Virus record (IMG/VR): IMGVR_UViG_3300012983_000034
Span: 32,001 to 96,000 of that record
DNA length: 64,000 nt
Strand: one strand, 5' to 3'
Source of the DNA: a virus
Taxonomy: Duplodnaviria; Caudoviricetes
Each line of letters opens with the position of its first letter. Position 1 is the stretch's first letter. Positions 36,734-47,494 of this stretch are shown here, one piece after another. The notes below the pieces were generated by a model, which was not told the origin of the DNA, ran no database searches, and saw nothing but the letters and a program-made list of their open reading frames with translations. The translations under genes were made by a program, and so were the position numbers.

Positions 36734-38707
36734 TTACTTTAACATTTCAATCAAATCTTCTTCAGAAATAATTGGAATGTTTAATTCTCTTGCCTTTTTG
36801 TTCTTACCGCTTGTAGAGTTAATATCATTATTTACCAGATAAGAAGTTTTTGTTGAAACAGAACCGCCCACTTTTCCGCCAGCAGATTCTATCTTCTTTA
36901 CAGCTTCATCTCTATTAGCAAAATGATTAAGAGAACCAGTAATTACAAAGATAAGACCATTCAACTTGTTACTTCCAACAACTTCTTCGTCCTCTTCAAA
37001 CTCTAATTCGTCAGCAATCTTTCTTATTTCATCAATATGGTCTTGAATAAACTCATCAATCTTTGACGCTGTTTGAATACCAATTCCATCAAGCTCTTCC
37101 CAATCAAAGCTTGGCGCTCTTACAATAAAATCTTCATAATTATTAAAGCGTGAAGCAATTGTTTTTGCCGTACTACGACCTACATCTGGAATGCTCAATG
37201 CATAAATAAATTTATCAAGAGTAGTGTTTTTTGATTTTTCAATAGAATCAAGCAGCTTTTTTACTGACTTTTCACCGAAACCATCAAGCACAACCATTTC
37301 TTCTTTATTAACATCTAAATAGAATATATCAATAAAATTAGTCAGCCAGTCAAGTTCGATGAACTTTTCTAGCGTCTGCTCCGAAAGACCATCGATGTTC
37401 ATTGCATTCTTAGAAACAAAGTGAGTTAACTTGCCAAGCAATTTGCCTTTACAGTTGTCATTAGTGCATACAAGAATCTTTGAATCGTTATCTTGTTTAA
37501 TTTCTGTATCGCCACCACAAACAGGACATACAGACGGAATAGAGATGTAATCAGATTCCTTTCCTAATGCCAATCTTTCATCGGCAGAAACATTTCTTTT
37601 TACTTGAGGAATTATCATATTCGATTTTATTACTTCAATAGTATCTCCAATATGTAAATCTAACTTTGTAAGAATGGAAATGTTGTGAACAGACGCTCTT
37701 TCAACAGTCGTACCATCTATCTCAACAGATTCGAAAATTGCTGTTGGAGTAATCTGTCCAGTCTTACCTACTGTCCAATCAATGTCAACCAACTTAGTTC
37801 TATGTACATCATCTTTTCTCTTATAAGCAATGCCGTTTTTAAAATGATGACTTGTTGCACCAAGAGATTTGCCATATTCAATATTATCAAATTTTACTAC
37901 TACGCCATCATTAGGAAAGCCATTTTCTTCTGCATAATCAAATACATAGTCAATATTGCTCTGAAGATTTTTAGGATGCAAAGCATTTGAAGAATTAGGA
38001 TTATACCAAAACGGAACAATGTCAAAACCTAAATCTCTTGCTTCACACAAGTTATCTTTGAGACTATTACATCCGCCCTCTACTATATCCCAAGCAAAAA
38101 ACTTTAATCTTCTCTTTGCCACCAAAGATGTATCTAAAACAGAAAGAGTACCAGCGGCAAGATTACGAGAGTTTTTAAACTCACCATCTTTATTAATTTC
38201 AGAAAAATCTTCATCGGTAATGATTGCCTCCCCATCTATAGTATATGTACCGCTTTTATTAATTTTAAATGGAACATTTTTAAACTGTTTGATATGCTCA
38301 GTGATATCAGAACCAACATATCCATTACCTCTTGTTTCTGCGCTTGCGAGAACGCCATCTTTATATGTAATAGACACCGTAAGACCATCAAGTTTAACAC
38401 TCACAACCGTTTCTTTATTATTAATAAATTTTAGAAGTTCTTCGATTGTATGACATTTCTCTAAGCTTAACATTGGATGAGAATGCTCAACTTCTTTTAA
38501 TTCAGTTAATACTTTGGCACCAACATTAATTGTTGGAGAATTAGAAAGCACAAACCCAGTTTCTTCTTCAAACTGTCTCAAGTCTTCAAGCCTGATATCA
38601 AACTGTTCATCTGTCATAATAGGAGTTCCAGTATTATAATATGCTTCAGATGCCTCGTTTAAGATAGAGACCATACTTTTCATCATATCTAATTCAATTT
38701 TGTTCAT
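36734..38707 (-). CDS. ligA: NAD-dependent DNA ligase
   Basis: HPMLSL, KLDG, TRGNG, DGVVVK, zinc finger, HhH, BRCT. Confidence 0.95.
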   Translation of the reverse strand: MNKIELDMMKSMVSILNEASEAYYNTGTPIMTDEQFDIRLEDLRQFEEETGFVLSNSPTINVGAKVLTELKEVEHSHPMLSLEKCHTIEELLKFINNKETVVSVKLDGLTVSITYKDGVLASAETRGNGYVGSDITEHIKQFKNVPFKINKSGTYTIDGEAIITDEDFSEINKDGEFKNSRNLAAGTLSVLDTSLVAKRRLKFFAWDIVEGGCNSLKDNLCEARDLGFDIVPFWYNPNSSNALHPKNLQSNIDYVFDYAEENGFPNDGVVVKFDNIEYGKSLGATSHHFKNGIAYKRKDDVHRTKLVDIDWTVGKTGQITPTAIFESVEIDGTTVERASVHNISILTKLDLHIGDTIEVIKSNMIIPQVKRNVSADERLALGKESDYISIPSVCPVCGGDTEIKQDNDSKILVCTNDNCKGKLLGKLTHFVSKNAMNIDGLSEQTLEKFIELDWLTNFIDIFYLDVNKEEMVVLDGFGEKSVKKLLDSIEKSKNTTLDKFIYALSIPDVGRSTAKTIASRFNNYEDFIVRAPSFDWEELDGIGIQTASKIDEFIQDHIDEIRKIADELEFEEDEEVVGSNKLNGLIFVITGSLNHFANRDEAVKKIESAGGKVGGSVSTKTSYLVNNDINSTSGKNKKARELNIPIISEEDLIEMLK

Positions 38708-38718
38708 TACCCATCTCC

Positions 38719-38892
38719 TTAAAACATAACAATTCTTTCATCAATCAAGTACGATTCACACTGAGAGAAATCAGTGTTTACCTGCTTACTACAATTTTCA
38801 ATTTCTTTCTCATTGCAGAAATCTTTGTTCTTGTCGTAATAATGACAGGTACGACACTTAAGACTACATTTCTTTGCTTTGCATTCGCTCAT
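38719..38892 (-). CDS. 57-aa Cys-rich protein (not in ORF track)
   Basis: MSECKAKKCSLKCRTCHYY...; AAGGTG RBS; first gene after promoter 38998. Confidence 0.55.
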   Translation of the reverse strand: MSECKAKKCSLKCRTCHYYDKNKDFCNEKEIENCSKQVNTDFSQCESYLIDERIVMF

Positions 38893-38969
38893 TTCTTCAC
38901 CTTCTTTATATAACCTTATTAGTTTAAGAGTTGAAATGTATTTAACAACTCTTAAACTGTTGTGATGAT

Positions 38970-38998
38970 ATTATACATCAAAATTAGTTATTTGTCAA
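38970..38998 (-). promoter_or_regulatory. Consensus SigA promoter (ligA-nrd operon)
   Basis: TTGACA-17-TATAAT; family B site at 38909-38927. Confidence 0.85.
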
Positions 38999-39006
38999 TA
39001 GTTTTT

Positions 39007-41250
39007 TCAATTTTTTAAAAATTTTTGCATAAATGTATGGCGTGTGAGGTTCTCCTTCTTCTTAACCGCCTGATTCACACTTTGCAAACTACCTAAATGA
39101 TACAACTTTTCTTTCATACGGGTTAAACCAACATACAGTAAATTTGAATTTAACATAAAGATATGTGACTGGGGAGAACATAAAATTACCGTTTTAAATC
39201 CGCCGCCCTGTGATTTATGAATGCTTATTGCATATCCAAGCTTTACCATATTCATATCATTTCTATAATACTTAACACGAACACCATTAAAGTTTGCGAT
39301 TATATAAGTATTATATATTTCTTCAATAATCGCAGTTTCGCCGTTAGCCACAAATGCTGTTTGAGGTTCATCATCAAAGCCCCAACCCACATCCTTTTCG
39401 TCTTTTACTAATTCTGCGTTGTAATTATTAACGGTCTGAAGAATCAAGTCGCCTTGATAATAAGTTGTTTCGCCAACCTTCATATTAATTTCACTTCCGT
39501 AGTTTGGATTAGCAACTCTTTGAATCATATTATTTAAAACGACAGAACCACAATCACCAACATTCTTAGCAGTTAATACCTGAATATCTTCAATACTGTT
39601 GCCATTATCCAATAACTTCTTGTACAATGCCACTACATTTTTAGGAATTAATTCAGATGCTAAATCAATGAACATATAATCTTGATTATCACCAAATGTA
39701 GTTGCCTTAGACTTCATATCCTTTGTTAGATATTCTTTGCAACATCTTGTGTCGGTTGCAACACGCATCAAACCGCCACTTGAATATCTAAAAATCTTGT
39801 TCAATGTTACAGTAGGAATTATGTTTGCTTCCATAAAGTCGTGAAGCAAATTGCCACACGATACGGATGGCAACTGTGCATTATCGCCAATCATAAGTAA
39901 TTTAGTGTGCCTAAAATCAATTGCGTCAAGTAACTTCTTAAACAACCAAATATCAACCATTGAAAATTCATCTACAATCACAATGTCACAATTAAGAGGT
40001 TGCTCCTCATTATATGTCCAAGTGTTAGGAGGAATATAACCCAATCCTCTATGTATGGTTGAAGCAGGTTCATTAGTGTTCTCGTGTAATACCTTGGCAG
40101 CTCTACCAGTTGGACTCATTAACCTAAACGACTTATTGTTATCTTTTAACATATTAATGATACCTTGTGTCGAAGCAGTCTTTCCTGCCCCTGCAAATCC
40201 ATTAAGAATAGCAATATTGTTTCTACATACAACATCTAGGATTTGCATTTGTTCATCGGACAATTCAAACTCCCCTACTTTCTTGTACTTATGAGTATCA
40301 AATTCCCATATATTATTTGAGCAATTTAAATTATTGATAATTGTGTCAGCAATATATCTTTCAGTTTCATAAGTTTTACGAAGAGCAACAGTCATATCCT
40401 CTTTATTATAATAAATGTTATCGTCCTTAATAACATTAACAAAATGTTCAATACACGACGGAACAAGCTTTAAACATTGTTGTCTAAGGTCTGCAAGATT
40501 CATATTAGTGTGTCCTTCGTTTTCATTCTCTTCTAAGAGATATAGCATACAAGATAAACATCTATCTGGCGAAGTCTTAACATCATATTCAAAATTAATA
40601 ATGTTTTCTTTCTGCAATTGAAGGATGATAGAATCTGCCGTTTTGAAACCAATTCTACTTATTCTTGTTAATGCCGTATATGGCTGAGACTTTATTTTTT
40701 CTTTAAGTTTGTCAATCGAAGAATATTCATCATAAATCTTTTTGATAATACTCATAGACAAAACATTTTTAAATTCGATTACTAAATCCATAAGTGCAAA
40801 ATTCGTTACTATCTTATCCTTAATAACCGCAAATGTTTTTTCGCCTATTCCTTTTAGCTTAGACAGGTCTATATCGCCCAAATTATTGTCTTTAACTCTT
40901 TGAATAATGTCGGGATAATGTTCTACTAAAACCTTAGCCTGATTATATGTTAAGATTTCAGAAAGAAATAGAAATGTGCCTTCAGTAGTTGTAGGTATGT
41001 CACGCTTAATATTGATTACGTGATAACTTGTGCCATACTTATTCACTTGTTCTTCGGCTGTAATTTCATATTCAACTCCAAGCGTAAGGTCGCTTAATTC
41101 GCCAAGGATGCTTACGTTGCCATATTTATTCTGCTTAATATCAGGATAATCTTTTTTATTTACATCGACAGCGTATATCTTATAATCTGGCGTGTCATAA
41201 GTACACCTAATAATTACCCCTTTAAATTTAAATTGTTTTATTTCACTCAT
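39007..41250 (-). CDS. recD2: RecD2-like SF1B helicase
   Basis: GFAGAGKT, DEFSM, GDNAQL, HKSQG, YVGLTR. Confidence 0.9.
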   Translation of the reverse strand: MSEIKQFKFKGVIIRCTYDTPDYKIYAVDVNKKDYPDIKQNKYGNVSILGELSDLTLGVEYEITAEEQVNKYGTSYHVINIKRDIPTTTEGTFLFLSEILTYNQAKVLVEHYPDIIQRVKDNNLGDIDLSKLKGIGEKTFAVIKDKIVTNFALMDLVIEFKNVLSMSIIKKIYDEYSSIDKLKEKIKSQPYTALTRISRIGFKTADSIILQLQKENIINFEYDVKTSPDRCLSCMLYLLEENENEGHTNMNLADLRQQCLKLVPSCIEHFVNVIKDDNIYYNKEDMTVALRKTYETERYIADTIINNLNCSNNIWEFDTHKYKKVGEFELSDEQMQILDVVCRNNIAILNGFAGAGKTASTQGIINMLKDNNKSFRLMSPTGRAAKVLHENTNEPASTIHRGLGYIPPNTWTYNEEQPLNCDIVIVDEFSMVDIWLFKKLLDAIDFRHTKLLMIGDNAQLPSVSCGNLLHDFMEANIIPTVTLNKIFRYSSGGLMRVATDTRCCKEYLTKDMKSKATTFGDNQDYMFIDLASELIPKNVVALYKKLLDNGNSIEDIQVLTAKNVGDCGSVVLNNMIQRVANPNYGSEINMKVGETTYYQGDLILQTVNNYNAELVKDEKDVGWGFDDEPQTAFVANGETAIIEEIYNTYIIANFNGVRVKYYRNDMNMVKLGYAISIHKSQGGGFKTVILCSPQSHIFMLNSNLLYVGLTRMKEKLYHLGSLQSVNQAVKKKENLTRHTFMQKFLKN

Positions 41251-44200
41251 TTAATTACCTCGTATTCAGCCATAACAATACGGGTTTCCTCACTGTCAAC
41301 CCACTTATCTCCATCTTTTACCTTTTTATACTCATATACAGTTACAGGCATATTAATTACTGAAAACAATCCAAATGGATTAGATTTAAATACATTAGAC
41401 CTATTAACTCTTGTGTCGATTTTTTCACCATCACATATTCTATAAAGAGTACAATATGGACGAGTAGCGCTTTTACTATCGTCAAAATTTGTAACAATAT
41501 AATAATGTTCTGATATATCTTTATTAGTATAGTTAGCATATCCAAGGAACTCAACCTCAGAAGAAATCTGTTCTACAATGCCAAGAGACTCATCACTTAT
41601 TTGTTTGCACATCTCTTTTATCAAACCGTCATTATCAATATCACGATACTGACTTTGGGTTTCTTTTCCAGAATATTTTGTCATAATATACTCTGTAACA
41701 CCAAGCTCTTCCATCTTCTTTTTGGCAATAATTTTTGCATTAGCAAACTTATCGTAAATTTCGTTCATACCTAACAGATACTTATTATTACCAAAATCAG
41801 AAAAGAAGTTGAGTCGAATAAGAATGTCGAGTTGTCTTGAATTTAAAGTTGTTTTTTCTTTTATATCTCTTAATAAGTCTATAAAAGAACTATACTTGTT
41901 TTTAGATAATTCTAACAGCTCATTCGCCATTTGAGCATTGCAATATTTAATACTGCTAATACCTTTATAAATTGCATTATTTTCTTTATCTATGGTATAG
42001 AAGCTACCAGATTTGCCAAAGCGAATAGGTTTCAATTCAATATTATGTTTTCTTGCATACTGTAATATTTCAAGGCATTTATCTGAATCGCCCTCATATA
42101 TATTCAGAGCGGTTGTTACTGTTTCCAGTTTGTAATAACATCTTAGCCAACCAACGACATACCCAAGAAAACTATAAGGTGTTGCGTGATTCAAAGAAAA
42201 GAGATACGAACTTGCATCAATAATGACTTGAATAAAGTTTTCAATGAGTCGATTCGACTCCTCTTCGTCAACACCGTATTTCTCTTTCATAGTTTTATTA
42301 AAACCTTCTTTAATCTTTGGTATAAATTTGTCGGTGCCAGTTTTCTTTGCAAAGCCTCTTCGTACAATGTCGGCTTCACCCATTGTATAACCACAAAAAC
42401 TATGTAAGAATTCAATAATCTGTTCTTGATATACCAAGTATCCAAGTGTTGGAGCAAGAAATTTATTTAATGCCTCGTGTCCATTATCACGGTATTCACC
42501 TCTTGATAGTTCATCACGATAACTCGCACCAGCAGGTCTAATAGCGCCATTTGCCATTGACATCAAATCTATATAGGAGAAGTTTTCGTTCTTTTCTTTG
42601 ATTCTTGCAATTGTTTCATCGCTAAGCAGTTGCTTGATATAATCACCTGCATATGATGATTCAAACTGGAATATCATTGTACAATCATCTCTGATTTCAT
42701 CCCAAACCTTTTTATCGTCAAATGAAATATTGTCTGGTGTGATTCTTGGAATGCCAGCCAAATCACAAGTTTCATTAATTAATCCTACGCAGTCAAGACC
42801 AAGGACATCTAGCTTAACGAACTGAAGACCATCTAACTCTTTCATATTAATTTGAGAAATCATATTTTCGTTTGTCTTTGTGCTACACAGACCAAACCAT
42901 TCATCAATTGGAAACGGAGATACGACAAGTCCTGCTGGATGATTTCCAATAGAAACAATCGTACCTTTTACGATATCTACATACTTAAACAGTTCAGGAT
43001 ATTTCTTAATATAGAAATCATCAATGCAGTCTTGTTTGTTTTCGTCTTGATATACTGCATCGCTGATTGTTTGCGTTTCATCTACACTTAATCCCAACGC
43101 TCTACCAACATCTTTAATAGCGCCTTTTAATGCAATGGTGTTGAATGTAATAATATCACAACAATACAAACCATCTTTATTAAATAAGTATTCTCTTACT
43201 TTGTATCTGTCTTTCTTGCTCCAGTCTGTATCAACATCAGCAAGAGAAACACGTTCTTTGTTCATGAATCGTTCAAAGTTAAGACCGTATCTAATAGAGT
43301 CTACCTCTGTAATTCCAAGCAAATATGCAATTATGCTTCCACTAACTGAACCTCTGGAATATCCATAGCTTACACCTTGTCTTTTTAGTTCTGACTTATA
43401 GTCTTCTTCAAGAAGCAAAAAGTCAATTGCGCCGTTATACTTGTAAGTTTCCAACTCATATTGAATCTTCTTTTTATATTCATTAAAGTTGTCATACTTA
43501 TCAACACCTCTGTTTTTAATACCCTGTACAATCTTTTCTTTTAAAGCCTTTTCAGAATCGTTGTATAACTTTGGATACTTTTTTGAATAATCTAATTCAA
43601 ATTTATCAATGGAGTTTGCCATTATATTAGTATTTTCAATGGCTTGTAAATAAACTTCTTCTGATAAAGCGTTCTGCTTTTTATATGCTTCAACCAATTC
43701 ATCATATGTTTTAAATGTTAAGTCCCAAGACTCTTCATCGGAAAAGAATACATTCTTTGCCTTTTGCAGAATGCTTCTGCCCTCAATATGCGTATCATTT
43801 AAACAATGAGTATCAGTTCCTGCGATAAGCGGTATACCAGTCTTTTGGTGAATCGCATAAAGAACCTTATTATACACAGCTTGGTCTGCACAGTTATGAT
43901 GCTGTATTTCAAGATAACATCTATGTTTATTTTTAATTAAGAACTTTAAGAACTCTGTTTTTAAAGTGTTTTCAGCCTTGTTTAAAACTCCTCCTAAACA
44001 AGCTGTAGTAATAATAATGTTATCTGATGTAGCATATAGTTCATCGAAGGTGATACGAGGCGCATAGTAATAATGGTAATCACTTCTATTAAAAGAGGCA
44101 GAAATTAATCTGTTTAATTCTTTAACGCCATCATAATTTTTGGCAATTAAAACACAGTGATAATTATCTCTGTGTTTATCATCGATATCTTTGTCTGTCG

Positions 44201-44423
44201 TTAGATAAACTTCAGCAGCGTGTATGTATTTCATACCAGCAGCTTCAATCGTCTCTTTCTTATGAACCCACTCAAAAATATTACCGTGTTCCGCAAAAGC
44301 CAATGCAGTCATACCTAAAGATTTTGCATATTCCACATACTCTTTATACTTGGTAACACTATCAATATTTGTAACTCCATTAGATAGGTCACTATGTAAA
44401 TGATATACAGTATAATTACTCAT
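41247..44423 (-). CDS. dnaE: DNA polymerase III alpha subunit
   Basis: PHP HLHSDLS, RGSVSGS, DVDTD, HPAG, KLDVLGL, YQEQ. Confidence 0.95.
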   Translation of the reverse strand: MSNYTVYHLHSDLSNGVTNIDSVTKYKEYVEYAKSLGMTALAFAEHGNIFEWVHKKETIEAAGMKYIHAAEVYLTTDKDIDDKHRDNYHCVLIAKNYDGVKELNRLISASFNRSDYHYYYAPRITFDELYATSDNIIITTACLGGVLNKAENTLKTEFLKFLIKNKHRCYLEIQHHNCADQAVYNKVLYAIHQKTGIPLIAGTDTHCLNDTHIEGRSILQKAKNVFFSDEESWDLTFKTYDELVEAYKKQNALSEEVYLQAIENTNIMANSIDKFELDYSKKYPKLYNDSEKALKEKIVQGIKNRGVDKYDNFNEYKKKIQYELETYKYNGAIDFLLLEEDYKSELKRQGVSYGYSRGSVSGSIIAYLLGITEVDSIRYGLNFERFMNKERVSLADVDTDWSKKDRYKVREYLFNKDGLYCCDIITFNTIALKGAIKDVGRALGLSVDETQTISDAVYQDENKQDCIDDFYIKKYPELFKYVDIVKGTIVSIGNHPAGLVVSPFPIDEWFGLCSTKTNENMISQINMKELDGLQFVKLDVLGLDCVGLINETCDLAGIPRITPDNISFDDKKVWDEIRDDCTMIFQFESSYAGDYIKQLLSDETIARIKEKNENFSYIDLMSMANGAIRPAGASYRDELSRGEYRDNGHEALNKFLAPTLGYLVYQEQIIEFLHSFCGYTMGEADIVRRGFAKKTGTDKFIPKIKEGFNKTMKEKYGVDEEESNRLIENFIQVIIDASSYLFSLNHATPYSFLGYVVGWLRCYYKLETVTTALNIYEGDSDKCLEILQYARKHNIELKPIRFGKSGSFYTIDKENNAIYKGISSIKYCNAQMANELLELSKNKYSSFIDLLRDIKEKTTLNSRQLDILIRLNFFSDFGNNKYLLGMNEIYDKFANAKIIAKKKMEELGVTEYIMTKYSGKETQSQYRDIDNDGLIKEMCKQISDESLGIVEQISSEVEFLGYANYTNKDISEHYYIVTNFDDSKSATRPYCTLYRICDGEKIDTRVNRSNVFKSNPFGLFSVINMPVTVYEYKKVKDGDKWVDSEETRIVMAEYEVIK

Positions 44424-44488
44424 TAATCCACACCTTCTTATATAACCTTATTACTTATAATTTAAAGACACAAATTTATTACGATGAC

Positions 44489-44517
44489 ATTATATCACAA
44501 TAATAAACTTGTGTCAA
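44489..44517 (-). promoter_or_regulatory. Consensus SigA promoter (dnaE)
   Basis: TTGACA-17-TATAAT; family B site at 44441-44459. Confidence 0.85.
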
Positions 44518-44541
44518 GTACTTTTTGAATTTTTTTAAAAT

Positions 44542-44826
44542 TTATTCTAAAGGAATCCTATACATAACTATCGGCGCTCTATCGCCAAGATATGGAAGAG
44601 CACGAATTGTATTATAATCAATGAATTCAATGGCTTCCATATCAGTCAAGCCATCTTTATCCATAAGATGTTCAACCATTTTGTCATAATCGTAAATAGC
44701 TCTGTCATCTTCTGAAATACCAATAAAAGCACTTGCATAGTTTGGGTTGCTAAAAATAACCACATCTTCATAGTCGTAATCTTCAATCAGCTTTCTAACA
44801 TCTTCTTCTGTGTTTAACATTTTCAT
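44542..44826 (-). CDS. Conserved phage hypothetical protein
   Basis: AFIG...AIYDYDKM...EAIEFIDYN pattern. Confidence 0.6.
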   Translation of the reverse strand: MKMLNTEEDVRKLIEDYDYEDVVIFSNPNYASAFIGISEDDRAIYDYDKMVEHLMDKDGLTDMEAIEFIDYNTIRALPYLGDRAPIVMYRIPLE

Positions 44827-44857
44827 TTTTACCTCTTAAAACCTTTATTTTATTTGC

Positions 44858-45358
44858 TTAATTTAATCTCATTGTTCTATTATAAATAGGAACAATATCT
44901 ATGTTTTTTATTTCGTCAATTCGTTTGCACAAAGAATCATAGATTGCAATCCCAAATCCATTCATTTCTATAAAAACCTGTCTTGCACCATACATTCTGC
45001 AAATTGCTGGTATATGTGCTGATGTTTCATCTAATGATTTAAAATGTGCCACATAACCACACTCTTCGTCTGGTATCATAACTGTTACATTAGATTTGTC
45101 TCTTTCAGTTTCAACATATACAATCGCTTCTTTGTTTGTGTTTAATCTTCTTCTCTTTTCAATTCTTTCAAATTTATCTTTTTCTTTTTGGTCTACAGCC
45201 ATTTCTTTGTATTGGCAAGCCTTATGTATACAATCTCCATTACACCCGCAGCAAGGATTTTTACCATCTTTTATCAAAAGATAAACAAGCATACCATCCA
45301 TTATACAATCTGCTGGCACATATCCTTGGTTGACACATAATTTCAACATTTCATCCAT
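44858..45358 (-). CDS. Hypothetical protein
   Basis: Start moved to ATG after site 45372 + GAGGT. Confidence 0.55.
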   Translation of the reverse strand: MDEMLKLCVNQGYVPADCIMDGMLVYLLIKDGKNPCCGCNGDCIHKACQYKEMAVDQKEKDKFERIEKRRRLNTNKEAIVYVETERDKSNVTVMIPDEECGYVAHFKSLDETSAHIPAICRMYGARQVFIEMNGFGIAIYDSLCKRIDEIKNIDIVPIYNRTMRLN

Positions 45359-45384
45359 ATCTTCTACCTCATAAAATCTTTGTT

Positions 45385-45798
45385 TTAATTGTTTCCTTCT
45401 TGTTCTAATAACCAATCTAAACATTGACTATCCGAAAAAACGCCTACAATTCTAATTCTGTCTGGCAAGAACGGTTCACACTGCCAATTAACAATATTGT
45501 AATGTACTCCATTTCTCACCATACTCTTCTCATATTCATAGCCGTCTTCCCAATAATCTTTATAATATATCTCTTCTACATATTCTGTAAGATAATTTTC
45601 ATTATATTTGAATGGATATTTAGTTAATACACATGGAGATTCAAACCAAACATCTTCAAATGGTGTGAAATAAATCGGCTCTATATGACTGTCGCATTCT
45701 ACAAGAAAATATACACTTGATAACTTTGTATCTCTAACAGAGTCAAAGTCAAAATTATTTAGATAATCATATAACTCTTGCTTTGTATTAAACTCCAT
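45385..45798 (-). CDS. Hypothetical protein
   Basis: Bounded by sites 45814 and 45372. Confidence 0.6.
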   Translation of the reverse strand: MEFNTKQELYDYLNNFDFDSVRDTKLSSVYFLVECDSHIEPIYFTPFEDVWFESPCVLTKYPFKYNENYLTEYVEEIYYKDYWEDGYEYEKSMVRNGVHYNIVNWQCEPFLPDRIRIVGVFSDSQCLDWLLEQEGNN

Positions 45799-45812
45799 AT
45801 CTTTACCTCATA

Positions 45813-46172
45813 TTAAAATCCCTGTTTTAAGCTCTCTTGCCTAAACTTATCTTCATATTCTCTGTAAGATTTTTCGAACGCCTTTGTCAAAGCGTCTAAT
45901 ATTTCGCCAGTATTTATAGCTTTCTCTCCGCAAGTAGTTATAGTTGTTGCCAAACTATTAACACACTCATAATCTGTGTTGCCGTGCAATGTTAGGTCGT
46001 CATGATTAAACGAATTACCACCAAAAGGAACTCTTATAACTTGTTCTGGTTCGCCAGTCCAGCTCCAACCACAATTAAAGCATTCCTTTTTGGGAATAGG
46101 AGGAAAAGACGCAAGAATTACATCGTGCAAATCGTGTCCACACTTAGGACAAGTTTCAATAATAATAGCCAT
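45813..46172 (-). CDS. Zinc-ribbon protein
   Basis: CPKCG...CFNCG; GAGGT RBS. Confidence 0.55.
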   Translation of the reverse strand: MAIIIETCPKCGHDLHDVILASFPPIPKKECFNCGWSWTGEPEQVIRVPFGGNSFNHDDLTLHGNTDYECVNSLATTITTCGEKAINTGEILDALTKAFEKSYREYEDKFRQESLKQGF

Positions 46173-46176
46173 ATAT

Positions 46177-46428
46177 TTACCTCTTGCCATACCGCTCTGT
46201 CAATTCTTCACGGATGCGTTCCTGTTCGTCATCGCCATAACTGATTTGCCAATACTCTTCCAAACCAATTAAATGCTTAATCTGCTTCTTGCTAAACAGA
46301 TACAAATGACCAAAAACTACTTCCTTTCGCTTTGACCTATCTGGATGGCAGCTACCACCAAATAAACATTGGCAATAATTTAGTTCATAATCACAGATAG
46401 GACATCTTTCTTTTCTAAACAGTTTCAT
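46177..46428 (-). CDS. Small Cys-rich protein
   Basis: CPICDY...CQC. Confidence 0.55.
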   Translation of the reverse strand: MKLFRKERCPICDYELNYCQCLFGGSCHPDRSKRKEVVFGHLYLFSKKQIKHLIGLEEYWQISYGDDEQERIREELTERYGKR

Positions 46429-46460
46429 ATATCTTTACCTCTTAAAATGTTAGTTTTAAA

Positions 46461-46709
46461 TTATTGCACCCAACTAATAGTATAGAATGAATCAATCGAA
46501 TAACAAGAATTATTGGTTTCAACCATATATCCTATTCTTTCTAAATATCTTTTCACATACGGATGCAACACACCAGCCACATGTACTGAAAATTCACCAT
46601 TAAATGCGGTCTCACTTATATACTTTTCAACTTCTTCAAACTGTTTAGATATCTTTTTATCTTCATCCAACGATATCTTTCTTGCTTCATCTGCTGTCAG
46701 CATCTTCAT
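46461..46709 (-). CDS. Hypothetical protein
   Basis: MKMLTADEARK..., start after site 46719 + GAGG. Confidence 0.6.
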   Translation of the reverse strand: MKMLTADEARKISLDEDKKISKQFEEVEKYISETAFNGEFSVHVAGVLHPYVKRYLERIGYMVETNNSCYSIDSFYTISWVQ

Positions 46710-46731
46710 CCACCCTCTTAAAAACGATATT

Positions 46732-46965
46732 TTATATGTTAATTTGTTTGTCTGGATGCCTTGAATTAAATATCTGATATGCTCTTTTAAGGTTATCATC
46801 ATCCAATTCATCATGAAATATTTCAGTTTTGCAAACATCACAAGTACAAACATTTGCTTTAATTGTAATCTTGTCTATGCCAAGAACATTATAAGTTTCC
46901 TCTTTTTCAACAATAGATATCGGTTGAATCTCCAAACATTCTGGACAAAAATACTTTTCTTTCAT
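46732..46965 (-). CDS. Stand-alone YgiT/MqsA-type zinc finger protein
   Basis: CPEC...ETYNV.G..ITI....CDVC.TEIF...DDNL..AY; no HTH. Confidence 0.65.
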   Translation of the reverse strand: MKEKYFCPECLEIQPISIVEKEETYNVLGIDKITIKANVCTCDVCKTEIFHDELDDDNLKRAYQIFNSRHPDKQINI

Positions 46966-46992
46966 TAATAATAACCTCTTAAAATGAATCTT

Positions 46993-47286
46993 TTAATTGA
47001 TGTAAGGAATCTTCTCAAGCAATCTGTCAAGAACAGTTGGAAAAATTCTGCCATTAGAAATCAATAGTTCTCTTTCGTCAATTTCAAAATTCTTATATTC
47101 ATTCAAAAACTCTTTGTCTTCTTCAGTTGGATTATTCATCATGCGACTCAGTGCTTGCTCTGCTTCTTCGTGTGTTGTATCAATAGGAGTAAAACACATA
47201 TCGCATTTACCAGTACCAACAATTCCATATAAAATATGTTTCTCTTTATTATCGACATTGTTAATATAATAATCTTTTAATGTCAT
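46993..47286 (-). CDS. Hypothetical protein
   Basis: Bounded by sites 47298 and 46980. Confidence 0.55.
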   Translation of the reverse strand: MTLKDYYINNVDNKEKHILYGIVGTGKCDMCFTPIDTTHEEAEQALSRMMNNPTEEDKEFLNEYKNFEIDERELLISNGRIFPTVLDRLLEKIPYIN

Positions 47287-47302
47287 AACTTACCCCTTAA
47301 AA

Positions 47303-47473
47303 TTAAACTTTTAAATGTTCATCTTTTAACCAGCCTTTAAATGCATCCTGACAACTATTGTATTTATGGCAAACGCTTCTAGCTGGGCAACTACAGTCGT
47401 CAAAATTTATATACATAAGGAAGTTGATAAGCGTATCTTCATCCATTGTTTTTATATATTCAAAATTTGTCAT
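47303..47473 (-). CDS. 56-aa Cys-containing protein (not in ORF track)
   Basis: MTNFEYIKTMDED...CSCP...WLK; GAGGT RBS. Confidence 0.6.
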   Translation of the reverse strand: MTNFEYIKTMDEDTLINFLMYINFDDCSCPARSVCHKYNSCQDAFKGWLKDEHLKV

Positions 47474-47494
47474 AATTACCTCATAAAATTCAGT

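Noticed and set aside
34564-44423. Introns or inteins in nrdD, ligA, recD2, dnaE
   Set aside because: ORFs are continuous, of normal length, with no splice-junction motifs seen.
44858-45100. Terminase nuclease-like VFIEMNGFG..IYD motif
   Set aside because: Single short motif in a small protein with no ATPase; not enough to call.
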